A stretch of DNA of 64,000 nucleotides from Macrostomum lignano (lineage: Eukaryota). Positions 1 through 11,761 of this stretch are shown in pieces. The DNA lies in assembly GCA_002269645.1 (NCBI GenBank), contig NIVC01001425.1, positions 176,666-240,665 of the forward strand, written 5' to 3'. The notes beneath the pieces were generated by a model that was given only the letters and a program-made list of their open reading frames with translations, was not told the DNA's origin and did not search any database. Numbering within the stretch: position 1 is the stretch's first letter; every line of letters starts with the position of its first letter. The translations under genes and the position numbers were made by a program.

Positions 1-40
1 AACCAACATCGTTTATGGTAAAAATGACCACGTCCCTGAG

Positions 41-265
41 AAGGCAGAGAAGGCGGTTCGAAGCCAAAACAAGTCATTACCATAGAGAATCCACAGAATT
101 TTTAATCCTTCGCTTTCCTCGAAGAAAAAAAGAAAAAAAAGTGTGCAGTGCAATCTTCCTTCACTAGATTTTCTCAGCTCACCTCACCACCACCTGCGCA
201 CACCACACAGCATAACGGGAAAAACACCGGTGGAGATGATTCTGGCTTACAACCGCAGAACTTTA
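41..265 (+). mobile_element. Degenerate Ty3/gypsy integrase remnant
   Basis: KAEKAVRS at 41-64 resembles the NG.AERAV motif. HLRTPHSITGKTPVEMILAYNRRTL at 191-265 resembles the C-terminal R.TPH..TG.TP.EL motif of gypsy integrases. The frame is broken between the two. Confidence 0.45.
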
Positions 266-808
266 GAAAGTTGGACTTTCGAAAGCCGGTCAGGTTTTAT
301 CTCTGAACTTTAGAAAAGAGAAAGAGGTGAATTCCTGCTAAAGTTATTACTCGAACTGGTCGGGTATCGTACAGACTTCTGGTCAATGGACAAGTCTAGA
401 AAAAAATAAATAAAATAAAATAAATAAAATAAACATAATAAAATAAATCATCAAAGCAGATTTACCAGGGCACATTAAACCAGACCCTAATTAGCCACCG
501 CCCAGTCTAAAGAACTCTCAAAGCATCAAGCCAAGGAGAGACCCAGGCAGCGGACACTGATGACAGGGTTGACGCTGATCCTGGTGCTACAAGCAGGGCG
601 ATTTTGCTTTGCACGAGAGCGCTTGTAATATTCTCTCGACAAGGGACAAGTTTCAGTCGAATTGAACTTTCGTCTATGGCAAATCCCATGTTTGTCGCGA
701 GATTCAACTGTGGGGGTTTGGATTTCGGCTTATTTAAAAAAGGCTTCGCTTTGCTTGCGACTTTGAGCCCTCCGGTCTTGCTTGCGGGTAAGTGTTTAAA
801 TATAGAAG

Positions 809-1557
809 ATGCCACTCACGAGTGAGAACAAGCAGATCCTACTGCGTCTTATACGCGAGAACAAGAAGGAACTATTCGGCGAATTTAGTGCAACCATAAC
901 CAAGGACAAGAGGATTGCATGCTGGAAAAAGGTTGTTTCCTCAAGCTAGGAAGAGTACAGGTTTGACCCCTGTCCCGGAAAGGCCTACAGGTACATCCGC
1001 GACGTACTCTGGCCTAACTTTAAGCGTCGTACCTTGGAGAAGATTGACTCAGTGCGCAAAACTGGTGCTGCTGGTGGGCCTGATTGCAAGCTGAACGACA
1101 TTCAAGAACTGGTGCTGGACATCTTGGCAAGAGATCCGGTGCGCAAAACTGGTGCTGCTGGTGGGCCTGAATAAAAGCTGAACGACATTCAAGAACTGGT
1201 GCTGGACATCTTGGTATCGTAGTTGGCCTGGCTGTTCCCGAGACGTATGAACAGATTCCTGCAGTTGAGACTTCTGGTGCCGCATCACCTACTGAGTCAG
1301 CGAGTCATACGGAGAGTCCTGTTTTGAGCAACGACACTGCGCCCACTACAAGCTGAGCTGGGCCAGGTCAGCGTAGAAAGATCCGATCTGGCCAGTCATC
1401 CTCACATGAAATGGATGACCTGAAGAAACGCAAAGTGGAAATGCAGCTTCGTGAGCTGGAACTTCGCAGCGAGAACTGGCAACTGCGGAATGCGAAGCTG
1501 CGCCTTGAAATTGCACATCTTACTGGACCGAACGACCTTCAGTACTGCATGTTGTGA
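809..1557 (+). pseudogene. Decayed Myb/SANT-like DNA-binding protein gene of PIF/Harbinger accessory-ORF type
   Basis: ATG at 809 reads MPLTSENKQILLRLIRENKKELFGEFSATITKDKRIACWKKV..*..GKAYRYIRDVLWPNFKRRTLEKIDSVRKTGAAGG..KLNDIQELVLDIL. A frameshifted coiled-coil tail (MDDLKKRKVEMQLRELELRSENWQLRNAKLRLEI) lies at 1411-1557. In-frame stops are present. The ORF track missed it. Confidence 0.6.
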
Positions 1558-1839
1558 CTCCTCTTTTTTTCATTAACTGTTCGCGCTGTTTGAAATTTAT
1601 ACATTTCCCGTTAGAAAACTGTCATTTTCGTGTAGGCCCTCAAACAAAGCAATAAACGAGTATGTTTCAATAGTCGGAAACCGAAGCGTTTACAACAGTC
1701 AAAATTGAACTACAATTCAAATATAGTGTGAATATAGCCCCAAAGATGTACAGTAACTAATTTTAAAGTCCGTGAAGTACAGAGAAATAATGGGAACTTG
1801 TAAGATTTAAGTAAGCTCGCGGGGTCAGAGTTTACTACG

Positions 1840-2045
1840 CAACTTGTCACTCGCGAATAGCAGAAAAACTTGTCAGGTTATACATTCTATGCAACGAACC
1901 ACTTGTAACGGGACTTGTAACTTGTAACTTGTCACTTGTCAAATGCTTGTCGTTTGTAAAGCGTCTATGCAACGGACTTCACGGTTTACTTGTAGCTTGT
2001 CAACTTGTCACTTGTAAACTCCGACTTGTCGATGCAACACCCCCC
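1840..2045. repeat. Subterminal ACTTGT/ATGCAAC repeats, probable right end of the Harbinger-like element
   Basis: Many ACTTGT(A/C)A copies and three ATGCAAC motifs ending in GATGCAACACCCCCC, just downstream of the Myb-like ORF. No matching left TIR or TSD found. Confidence 0.4.
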
Positions 2046-2435
2046 GGATATGCTACGGAAAAACTCACCGGCCTGTGACAATATGTGAGCCTACCCTTTC
2101 TGTCGCTGTACAGGGGGCACAGTCAAAACTGCCGATAGGCGGTTTAATTACGCCAAATATCATCTAGAATGGACAATAAACGTTGCAAAGAGCGACTATA
2201 TAAAAGTAGAGGGAAGCATCCATTATAGCTTTTAAAAATTGCCGACCGTTTGGACGCGCTCGACACGCAAGTTATCATGGATAATATTGTCAATTGTTTA
2301 TCATTTACTTAATGAAGCAAAAACTTTAAATATTTACCATTTTCAAACATTAAAATCAAAGCCAGTTGGTGTTTTAGTGGCGTAGAAAGCGTACAAGCCC
2401 CTGCTGAGGTTGTCACGAAAACTGGAGAACATTAA

Positions 2436-5162
2436 TGTTGTGTATGTGTGCATATGCATGTGTGTGACACTGAAGCTTGGGCTATACTCGTATGAATATT
2501 ACTGTCTATGGTATAAATACACGTGACGGCCTAGAGAGACGGCCACGCCCTCTGAGCTTTATTTTTATCAGACCGCGCGCTATAGAAGATATAACCCTCT
2601 CGGCTTCGCGATATATAACATGGCTTCGCAAGCAGCCAGAGAAGAAGCCCACGAATAAGAAGTCAAGGCTAAGCAAGAGCAAGATTGCAGAGCTGCAATT
2701 GTTCTGGGGCGTTCCTGTAGAAATGCCTCGATGCCTCCAACGCCGAAAATTGACTTAAAAAGCGTCCCACACTTCGACCTCGAATCTCAGAAGGCCGTAT
2801 TCTCACAATGGAAGCAGTTGTGGGAGGCTTTCGAGGAACTATCAGGCCTGAACGACATCGAGCAAGAGGCCGAGAAGAAGAAGTTCCAACTCTTCGCTTT
2901 GCGACACTGCCTGAGTCTGGAGACCCTACGAGTGGTGGACAGCTTACCTCAGCTACTAGGAAAGGATAAAGACGACGCCAAGGAGATCATCAAGGCCCTG
3001 GAAGCATTCATCACCGGGCAGAAGAACGAGATATTCGAGAGGAGGGAATTCTGGCTACGAAATCAAGCAGAAGGTGAGAGCTTCAATGATTGGTACGTGT
3101 CCATCAAAGAAATCTCGTCCAGGTGCAACTTCGAGCGATGCTGTTACGGGTGCGCCGAATACCAGCTCAGAGACAGAATTGTCATGGGACTGCGCGACCC
3201 CAGCACTGTAGAGAAGTTGCTAGAGGAAGGCAGTGAGCTAACGCTGGAGAGAGCAAAGACCATTTGTGAGTCGATGGAGAGTTCGAGGAAAAACTGCGCC
3301 ATAATGAAGGGCGAGACACCGACCGTCTCCGCTGTGCGACACGCGTCAAGCTACCGGAAGGCCAAGCGGACTGGAGCAGCGGAGAATCGACAGGCAGGAA
3401 GACCTGTTCAACAGAGCCGGGCGAAACATCCTGGTCAAGCCTGCAAGTTCTGCGGACGAGAGCACGAGGTCGGCAAAGAGAAATGTCCGGCCTGGGGGAA
3501 GTCGTGCACAAAGTGCGGCAAGCTCAACCATTTCGCTAAGCAGTGCAGAAGTGGACAGTCAGCCAAGCACGGCGAGAGAGTCCACTCAATTTTCGCCGCA
3601 ACTGGCGCACAAGGGACCTCAGCATGCTGTGTGCAGGTAAAAATTCGCACCCCTGACGGAACAAAGACCATCGCCGCCTTACCGGACACAGGCGCTTTCA
3701 TAGATGCCATCCCTGAGAGCTTGCTGCCTATAGTAGGAGCAGATATGAACAACCTACATCCGTCAGACATCAAACCCAAGGCAGTCGACGGCCGGCTATT
3801 AAAAGCCAAGGGCTCAATTCAGCTGCAAGTATCCATGGGTGAGACTGAGCTGCAGCGTACGTTTCACGTCCTCAGCGGAATATCCATCATGATTCTATCA
3901 AGAGAAGCGTGTCGTGATCTGGGTATCATTCCAAGAAACTTTCCAAAGCAAATCGTGGCAAGCATGAATCAGCACGATACCAACGCTGGCACAGAGGAGG
4001 ACCTAAAAAAAGAGTTTTCGGACGTGTTCACCGGAAAAGTTGGCAGAATGGCTGGTGAGATGTTCAGAATTAAACTATCAGCGGACGCAAAGCCGTTTGC
4101 CATTTCGACCCCGAGAAGAATTGCGGAACCGCTCAAGTTACAGCTCAAGAAGGAACTGGAGGATCTCGTGCGAGATGGGATCATAGCAAAGGTCACAGAG
4201 CCTACGGAATGGTGTGCGCCGATCACCGTGCAGCCAAAGAAAGGCCAGAGCAAGATAAGAATGTGCGTCGACCTACGGTGCTTAAACAAATACGTCATCC
4301 GAGAGCGCTACGTCAGCCAAACGCCATTTGAAGTTGTGTCAAGTGTACACAAGGGCGCCAGGTTCTTCACAACCGTTGACGCCACGAAAGGATACCACCA
4401 AGTGCCGCTGGATGACGCGTCACAAATACTGACAACTTTTATCACACCATTCGGACGGTACAAGTTCCTACGTGCCCCCTTTGGACTGTCGTCCATATCG
4501 GAGCATTACAATAGTCGTGTGGATGAAGTGCTAGAGGGACTGAAGAGCACCTATCATATTGTGGACGACGTACTGCTGGCTCACGACGACTTTGACGAGC
4601 ATCGCCGTGCTGTTCGTGAGTTTCTGCAGCGATGCAGGGACCGCGGCATCAGCCTGAATCCAGAGAAGTTTGTGTTTGCTCAGCCCAGTGTGACATTTGC
4701 CGGATTCCAGTTGGACTCGAAAGGATACGCTATAGACCCTGCCATAGTGAAGGCGATTCGAGACTTCCCGAAGCCAGAAAATCTGACCGACCTCAGAGCG
4801 TTCTTCGGACTAGTGAATCAGATTGGGTTCTGTAGTGACAAGATAGCTTCCCTCGGTGAGCCGTTGAGAGAGTTGTTGAAACCGAGGAATGAGTTCATGT
4901 GGAGCTGCGAACACGAAAAAGCATTTGACAGCATGCGGAAAGAACTAAGCAATGTTCCTACAATGGCCTACTATGACCACACGAGGCAGACAGCACTGCA
5001 CACGGATGCGTCTCGACTGAAGGGGCTTGGATTCGTGCTCAAGTAAAAGCAAGACAATGGCATTTGGAAAGTGGAAAGAGACGGCCACGCCCTCTGAGCT
5101 TTATTTTCATCAGACCGCGCGCTATAGAAGATATAACCCTCTCGGCTTCGCGATATATAACA
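2436..5162 (+). mobile_element. Ty3/gypsy (Mag-like) LTR retrotransposon, internally deleted, with 5-bp TSD ATTAA
   Basis: 5' LTR TGTTG...TAACA at 2436-2620, followed directly by a TGG-starting PBS-like sequence. The last 86 bp of the LTR recur at 5077-5162 with one mismatch. ATTAA flanks both ends (2431-2435 and 5163-5167). Confidence 0.9.
2731..5046 (+). CDS. Gag-Pol polyprotein (gag, zinc knuckles, protease, RT, truncated RNase H)
   Basis: 771-aa ORF with CKFCGREH...CTKCGKLNHFAKQC knuckles, protease LPDTGA, RT motifs RMCVDLRCLN, DATKGYHQVPL, APFGL, IVDDVLL, and RNase H start LHTDAS. It stops at TAA 5044-5046; the frame continues KQDNGIWKV before the LTR junction. Confidence 0.92.
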   Translation: MPPTPKIDLKSVPHFDLESQKAVFSQWKQLWEAFEELSGLNDIEQEAEKKKFQLFALRHCLSLETLRVVDSLPQLLGKDKDDAKEIIKALEAFITGQKNEIFERREFWLRNQAEGESFNDWYVSIKEISSRCNFERCCYGCAEYQLRDRIVMGLRDPSTVEKLLEEGSELTLERAKTICESMESSRKNCAIMKGETPTVSAVRHASSYRKAKRTGAAENRQAGRPVQQSRAKHPGQACKFCGREHEVGKEKCPAWGKSCTKCGKLNHFAKQCRSGQSAKHGERVHSIFAATGAQGTSACCVQVKIRTPDGTKTIAALPDTGAFIDAIPESLLPIVGADMNNLHPSDIKPKAVDGRLLKAKGSIQLQVSMGETELQRTFHVLSGISIMILSREACRDLGIIPRNFPKQIVASMNQHDTNAGTEEDLKKEFSDVFTGKVGRMAGEMFRIKLSADAKPFAISTPRRIAEPLKLQLKKELEDLVRDGIIAKVTEPTEWCAPITVQPKKGQSKIRMCVDLRCLNKYVIRERYVSQTPFEVVSSVHKGARFFTTVDATKGYHQVPLDDASQILTTFITPFGRYKFLRAPFGLSSISEHYNSRVDEVLEGLKSTYHIVDDVLLAHDDFDEHRRAVREFLQRCRDRGISLNPEKFVFAQPSVTFAGFQLDSKGYAIDPAIVKAIRDFPKPENLTDLRAFFGLVNQIGFCSDKIASLGEPLRELLKPRNEFMWSCEHEKAFDSMRKELSNVPTMAYYDHTRQTALHTDASRLKGLGFVLK

Positions 5163-5418
5163 ATTAAGAGCTTCTATGATATTGGTCGATGAAAGCGACC
5201 GTTCGGTCAATGCGACCTGTGGCGAAAGTGCCGCTGACAGCCAACTTGCAGGACGGTAGGCCGGTGGCCTGTAAAGGAGCTAGAGTACGAGCTAGAGACT
5301 ACGGTGGGCGGACGCTGAACTTCCAGTATCCCATAGTGAAAGATGGCTCTCAACTTAAGTGAATGGTAATCGCTGCGAGATTCATCGTCGCAGTCCATAC
5401 CTATTAGCTGCTCTCAGC

Positions 5419-5877
5419 CATCTGGGATTGAACTGCTAGAGCGCACTCGAGCGCACGAGCGACTCATTATCTATAGTTTCTTCTGGCCGGGCATGGCTGA
5501 CGACATCCAGAAAGTGTCAGCAGTGCAAGACAGGTCGTCACGTCCAACGCGCGCTGTAGAAGCTTCTGACGCTCTTTCAACGCTTCACGACTGTCCATAT
5601 GGACCTCGTTGGACCGCTCTCGCCTCCAGAGTCAGCCGACGTCAGTCCAAGGCCCCGCTACTTGCTCACGATGGTCGACGCCTATTCGCGCTGGATCGTC
5701 GACATCACAGCCACGTCAGTCGCACGCACCTTCCTAGACTCCTCGATTTCGCGGTACGGGCCGACATTGACGCTGGTGAGTGACCAGGGCTCGCAGTTCC
5801 GCGCGGAGCTAATGCAGAACTTGACGACATTGCTCGGCTTACATCACATTCACACATCGGCCTACAACTCGGCCTAA
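5419..5877 (+). mobile_element. Degenerate gypsy integrase of a second, older element
   Basis: HLG..., FFWPGMADDI, frameshifted CQQCK zinc-finger end, then DLVGPL..LLTMVDAYSRW..SRYGP..LVSDQGSQF..TSAY (rve core). It lies outside the TSD of the Mag-like element. Confidence 0.75.
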
Positions 5878-8800
5878 ACTACATCGTAAAGCGAGACATC
5901 AACATCATCGACGGACCCGAATTCGGCAGCGCTAGCGCGCTAATCGAATGCTTCGAGTAAAAGTGCAAGAATTTCATGCTGCATGCAGAAGTGTGAAAAG
6001 TTTTGGAACATGTTGAAGATAGTGATCTACAGAAAATATTTGCGTACTTCGATCGGTTCAGTGGCAAACAACTGCAGAAGGAGGCCAATCTTTACCCTGC
6101 TGTACTTACTGGGTGAAAAAGTACATGAACATCTTCAGCAATTGCGTCATAAAGACAGTGACGGTAAGCCGAATTACGAATGGCAAATACAAAGAACCAA
6201 AGCGCCGAACCCAAAGCTTTTAGAAGTTTAAACTTCAAGAAGTCCCAGCATGATTGAACGTGATGCCAGGAAACGCGCCATGATTCCTGATTTTAAACTA
6301 ATTTGGAAAATAGCCTGATCATTTTTCATTTTATCAATATTTTTCCAACAAACACAGCCTTATACCTCTGTTGACGAAACATACAACGAATACCCATCCT
6401 TAGCTAGAGGTCGTATAAAAAAATACAAACTGTAATATTACCGATATGTTAGAACGTACTTGGCTACGGAAGAGTTCGCGTCTATCTTCAATAATTCTTT
6501 CGTTAAAACAAATCCAATTCGAATTCGCGCCAAAAAAGACATTTTAAGCAATCGATAAACATCCTAAAATCCAATCACTACGATTAACTAAGTACTAGAT
6601 TTAAAAAATCATATTAAAAGTGTTTGAAATTGTTCAAGGGCGTTTGAAGATAGCCTTTCAACGACCTTTTTGGAGAAAATTTTGAGTTTTTTTTAATACA
6701 CACTAATTAACCATTCTTGAGGATTGTCGCACTTCTTGCTTATTTTCCAGTCCACGTGTTATAATACAACTGAGGCAGGCCCACTATTTTAATGTTCGTG
6801 CATATAATATTTCAAATTTACGCCAAAATGCTTAGCTACGAATTATTTTAGTTTTGTTTAAATAAGATGCTTGTTTTAACGGGAAAGATTATTTTGTTAA
6901 ATGGTATAAAAATATTTGTTTAAACACGTCTCGCGCACCCAACCTCCCCATTGACTACTATAAATACAAGCATTTTCGAGCCTTTTTTAGTTTTGCCCGC
7001 CGATTCTCTGATTCGGTTAAGAAAGCAAATCGTGTTGGCTCAGTTCACTTGGAAAGCAGAAAGGAGAGAAAAGCTGTAAGAAGCCAGAAGGAAAGACTGT
7101 AAGAAGCCAGAAGAATAAGAAGAAGAAAGCTGTGAGAAGCCAGTAAGTAAGTAAGTAAACGGTCGCTTAGTTGGGCAACTCCATCCCAGGATAGCCGCTT
7201 TATGACTGGAAAATAGGAGTAGAAATTAAAACAGTATTCAATGAATTAGATCAGTGTTTGCCGCTCGACACTGCTACCAGGACTACTTGCATAATTTCAA
7301 GGAGTCTTTAGACTAAGATTCTGGACTTAGTGTTTTCCTAGAAATACTAAATGACTGAAGTAGTATACTTTACTAGAGTGATAGATATTCTAAGTTTACC
7401 ACTACTAGGTGGCATCAGTAGGATAACTCAAAGAATAATTTAAGTGCACCTACGACAACTTGGTGACACGGTGAAATATTATTAGAAAGGACAGGAGTTT
7501 CCCCTACGACACAACCTAGCTAGTTAATTATGCCTAATACAAAACAAAACTGGACATATTAAATCATACGATCGGCCTACTTACCGGCCGCTGACTGCAA
7601 AATAAAAGCATTTATCCAGATAGGCTTCGACTTAGTTTACTGTCTGCTATCTTGAAACTTATATGAGATTTTTTAGTCTCCTTCTGCACGGATGGTACAG
7701 ATCCGAGCACGAAAGGTGTACCATAGACAAAAATGTTAGCCTGTATATATGTTGTGACTGCGAATCAAAGGTTTTGAGCTAGTAAATAGTCTATGGTTTC
7801 GACTTGACGCTAAAAGGCTAAACCCATGGAGTTCTAAAAATAGCATCTAAAAGTGAAGCTAAGAATGCTTACTTTTTGAAAGTTTGTCATCTATCCACGT
7901 TGGTTAATGTAGCTCGTAGAAGCGTAGCTTTAGCTCTAGAATATGCAGATTTTTAGAACTTCATGCGCGCCTGGCAAAACACGGATGTAAACATTTACTA
8001 TTTTTGTTGTTGTTGCGGTCGCATGGCGCCCAGACGCGCTCTAGACGCAGGCAGCGTTTAGCCAGCGCCAGCACCCTCTTCGGATCGGAGATAAGCATAT
8101 TTGAGTAGGAAGGGAAGGGAAGAGATCGGGGGAGGGTCCGTGGGCAGAGACATGGGGGCCGGGAGGTGGTCAGCACGGTCCGACCGTCTCCATCGCCGTG
8201 CCGAGGGTGACGGCCTCATGTCGGGAGTTTTGGTGTGAAATCCAGTGTTAGGCTTTCTGTTCACCGGGATCTTAATTTGTCCGGGGACATCGCAAAGCAA
8301 AATTATTGTCGATTTGCGATAACCTACCCTGGATAATCCAAGGCACAACAAAATTGGGCTTTGAAATGTCCGGGGTGAATAAAGTTTGGGGTGGCAAGTT
8401 GGTCAAATTATTTACAAGATCAGGCGCATGTGAATGCCTGGTGGGGCAGAAGGACATCATTAAGCGAGAATGGGACTGACTCAGTGTGCTTGGGAGGGGT
8501 AGATAAGATGTAGTCTTAGAATAAATCGATAATAGACTGTCGTTAAAAGTACTACAAGCGTACATGCCATCAATATCAGTGTGCGAGCTACATGAGAGGG
8601 AAGGAGAGAGGAGAGAGAAGGGGAGAGGAGAGATGAGAGGAAACGATAGAGGAGAGAGAAGGAGAGAAGGAGAGAGGAGAGAGAAGGGGAGAGGAGAGAT
8701 GAGAGGAAACGATAGATGAGTTTTTAGTTCCTCCTGCCCCTGTTCAATGTACACAAAATTAGTCAGTTTTCATTCATATGTACATGCAAAGGGGGTACAA

Positions 8801-9091
8801 ACTATAGAAATTCCTTGAGCGCGAGAGAGGCTAGCGAAGATTTCGATAACGCCCCAATTATTTCTACAAGCCATAGCCATGTAACCCCAACTGTCAGGAT
8901 GCGTTGATAAATTTTTTTGACTTAAGTTTTATCGCGTGGAACTTGCGTGATCAGAGCATGATCGGATTCTTGCTGATGACGGCTTTAAAAGGCGGGAAGA
9001 GATACTAAAAACTTTTAGTTAGAAACCTTTGCAAAAGTATCAATTTGTAAGCATTTTATAATTGCGGGAGGGCAACGGACTGTCCAAACGG

Positions 9092-10167
9092 CCTCTCTCC
9101 TTCTCCTCCTCTCTCCTCTCTCTTTCTCTCTGCCACCTCACTCATCCCTGCCGCCTCTCTTCTCGGTACTTCCTTTTTCCTTCTCTCTTCTCTCCTTCCC
9201 TCTCCTTCCCTCTCCTTCCCTCTCCTTCCCTCTCCTTCCCACTCCTTCCCTCTCCTTCCCTCTCTTTCCCTATCCTTCTCTCTCCTTCCCTCTCCTTCCC
9301 TCTCCTTCCCTCTCTTTTCCTCTCCTTCCCTCTCCTTCCCTCTCCTTCCCTCTCTTTCGCTCTCCTTCCCTCTCTTTCCCTCTCCTTCTCTCTCCTTCCC
9401 TCTCCTTCCCTCTCCTTCTCTCTCCTTCCCTCTCCTTCCCTCTCCTTCCCTCTCCTTCCCACTCCTTCCCTCTCCTTCCCTCTCTTTCCCTATCCTTCTC
9501 TCTCCTTCCCTCTCCTTCCCTCTCCTTCCCTCTCTTTTCCTCTCCTTCCCTCTCCTTCCCTCTCCTTCCCTCTCTTTCGCTCTCCTTCCCTCTCTTTCCC
9601 TCTCCTTCTCTCTCCTTCCCTCTCCTTCCCTCTCCTTCTCTCTCCTTCCCTCTCCTTCCCTCTCCTTCCCTCTCTTTCCCTCTCCTTCTCTCTCCTTCCC
9701 TCTCCTTCCCTCTCCTTCCCTCTCTTTCCCTCTCCTCCTCTCTCCTTCCCTCTCCTTCCCTCTCCTTCCCTCTCCTTCCCTCTCCTTCCCTCTCTTTCCC
9801 TCTCCTTCCCTCTCCTTCCCTCTCCTTCCCTCTCCTTCTCTCTCCTTCCCTCTCCTTCTCTCTCTTTCTTTCTCCTTCCCTCTCCTTCTCTCTCCTTCCC
9901 TCTCCTTCCCTCTCCTTCCCTCTCTTTCCCTCTCCTTCTCTCTCCTTCCCTCTCCTTCCCTCTCCTTCCCTCTCTTTCCCTCTCCTTCCCTCTCTTTCCC
10001 TCTCCTTCCCTCTCTTTCCCTCTCCTTCCCTCTCCTTCCCTCTATTTCCCTCTCCTTCCCTCTCCTTCTCTCTCTTTCTTTCTCCTTCCCTCTCCTTCTC
10101 TCTCTTTCTTTCTCCTTCCCTCTCCTTCTCTCTCCTTCCCTCTCCATCTCTCTCTTTCTCTCTCCTT
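9092..10167. repeat. Polypyrimidine/polypurine (TCTCCTTCCC)n array, about 1.07 kb
   Basis: 10-bp unit read directly; the + strand is almost purely C/T. Confidence 0.95.
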
Positions 10168-11761
10168 GTTTCGTATCAAAAAGCGCTTCGATATTTTAGC
10201 CTTTTGATTTTCGATGGCCAGACATCAATAAAAATAAATCAAGATTATATATATGATATAACTATCAAGTATGCTTAAAATCTCGTTCATAAGGTGCTAC
10301 TATAAAGGAAAAAGTAGCATAGTCAAGGAAGATATGGATTCCTGGGCCATCCCATCCCCATTGGCCCAGCCAATAGGAGCGCATTTCACACAGTTTTCCA
10401 CGGAATTCCGCGGCCGTTCCGCGGAAATTAAGACCCTTTCCACGGACCCAACTGTAATAGCCCGCAAACGGAATGTGTTGCGCAAATTATAATACACCTA
10501 TTCTCTTCAGATATATGGAAAATATTTCTCGTCCAAGTCCTACGTTTTGGAAAAAAAATTCACTCGGTGGCCAAACTAACGCTAAATCAAGCGTTTTTTA
10601 CGTTTTTAGCGACGAGCATGTTGAGCTGCCGGAACATTCCAGTGCAAGAGAGAGATAATCTGCAGAAGACGTGGAGTTAGAGGATCTACCGTACCATCAA
10701 ATGTCTCGGCAAAAATAGCTATCAGCTGGCTGGTTTCTCAGAATGTGAAAACGGAAAGCATCTCAATCAAAGCATTGGAAGGCTGTGGCTCATCGCGCTT
10801 CATTCAGAGGATCGCCAGTTTTTGTCTTTTTGATTTATCGAATTAGATTGGTGAATGGAGTAACGAAATGCTTTTCGGTTGACAATAGAAGCTTTAATTT
10901 TAGTTCCTTTTGGAGTGCCTGAAGCGCGAAATTGTTATTGAAATACACAGTTAAATAATCATGACGCAGATGTTTGCCATTGAAAAAGTAGCAAAAGTGA
11001 TTTTCTACTTTGCGAAAAGTGATCTCTAAATTCTGCTATTTCTAGCCCCGGAAATCAGTAGCCGGATGTCCTAAAGCAAACCTCTGTCTCCGCAGTCTGA
11101 CCCCGCTCTTTAATCAACCTACAGTCGGATGTCCTAAGACAACTTCCCATTCTTGAGATCTCCGGGCCGGATAGCAGAGTCAGTGCCGTAGGATGTCCGG
11201 GAGAGACATCTCAAAGTGCCCGGACAATACAAAGCAGCTCAAGATATCCGGGAAGGAGAAAACAAATAAGGTTTTTTGCTTGGCAATAGCCGGGCGGATA
11301 TCGTAAGTGCGTTCGGATATCCGGGCCAGACAAAAAACCCCGGATAGTCTAAAGTGTAACACAGGGTCGCCACGAAGAGACAACTCCCGCCGGAACCTAG
11401 CCGAGATCGAGGCGCCCGCGGGGTCTACAGTTTGTTTGTGTTCAAATGCGAGATTAATTCTGAAACATTTTACATTTATATTGTTTTGAAATGTCTACTC
11501 GATTTTACCGTTATGTGCATACTCGATTGTTATACATAGCTACGAGCGTATACTCTAGTTTACTGGCATTAAAAAAATCTAATAAATTCTGCTTCCCAAC
11601 ATCAACTGCAACAATATTCTGTTTGTATTTGATGAAACCAAAACAGCATTCTGAACAGATTTGGTTGCTTAAAAAACTTGGCGGAGAAAATTTGCTTCTG
11701 ACTTTCGTTGATGCCGGCTGCTTATAGATAGTCTGTAGCCGCAGCCTCCGCCACCCGATCC

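Noticed and set aside
5419-5877. Integrase remnant as the missing integrase of the Mag-like element
   Set aside because: It lies beyond the 3' LTR and TSD and is much more decayed, so it belongs to a separate element.
6447-7511. Possible solo LTR (TGTTAG start, TATAAATA near 6959, ends in ...CTACGACA)
   Set aside because: No matching TSD, second copy or clear PBS.
8272-8600. Minus-strand DIDGMY..FNDSLLSIYSK...VPWI, reminiscent of a LINE ORF2 linker
   Set aside because: Too short and degenerate, with no endonuclease or RT motifs nearby.
9056-10207. 363-aa and 381-aa ORFs (EREGEGRRGK / SPSLSFPLL repeats)
   Set aside because: Translation of a purine/pyrimidine repeat that cannot contain stop codons.
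11040-11360. Cluster of CCGGA/TCCGG motifs like transposon subterminal repeats
   Set aside because: No paired TIRs or TSD identified.
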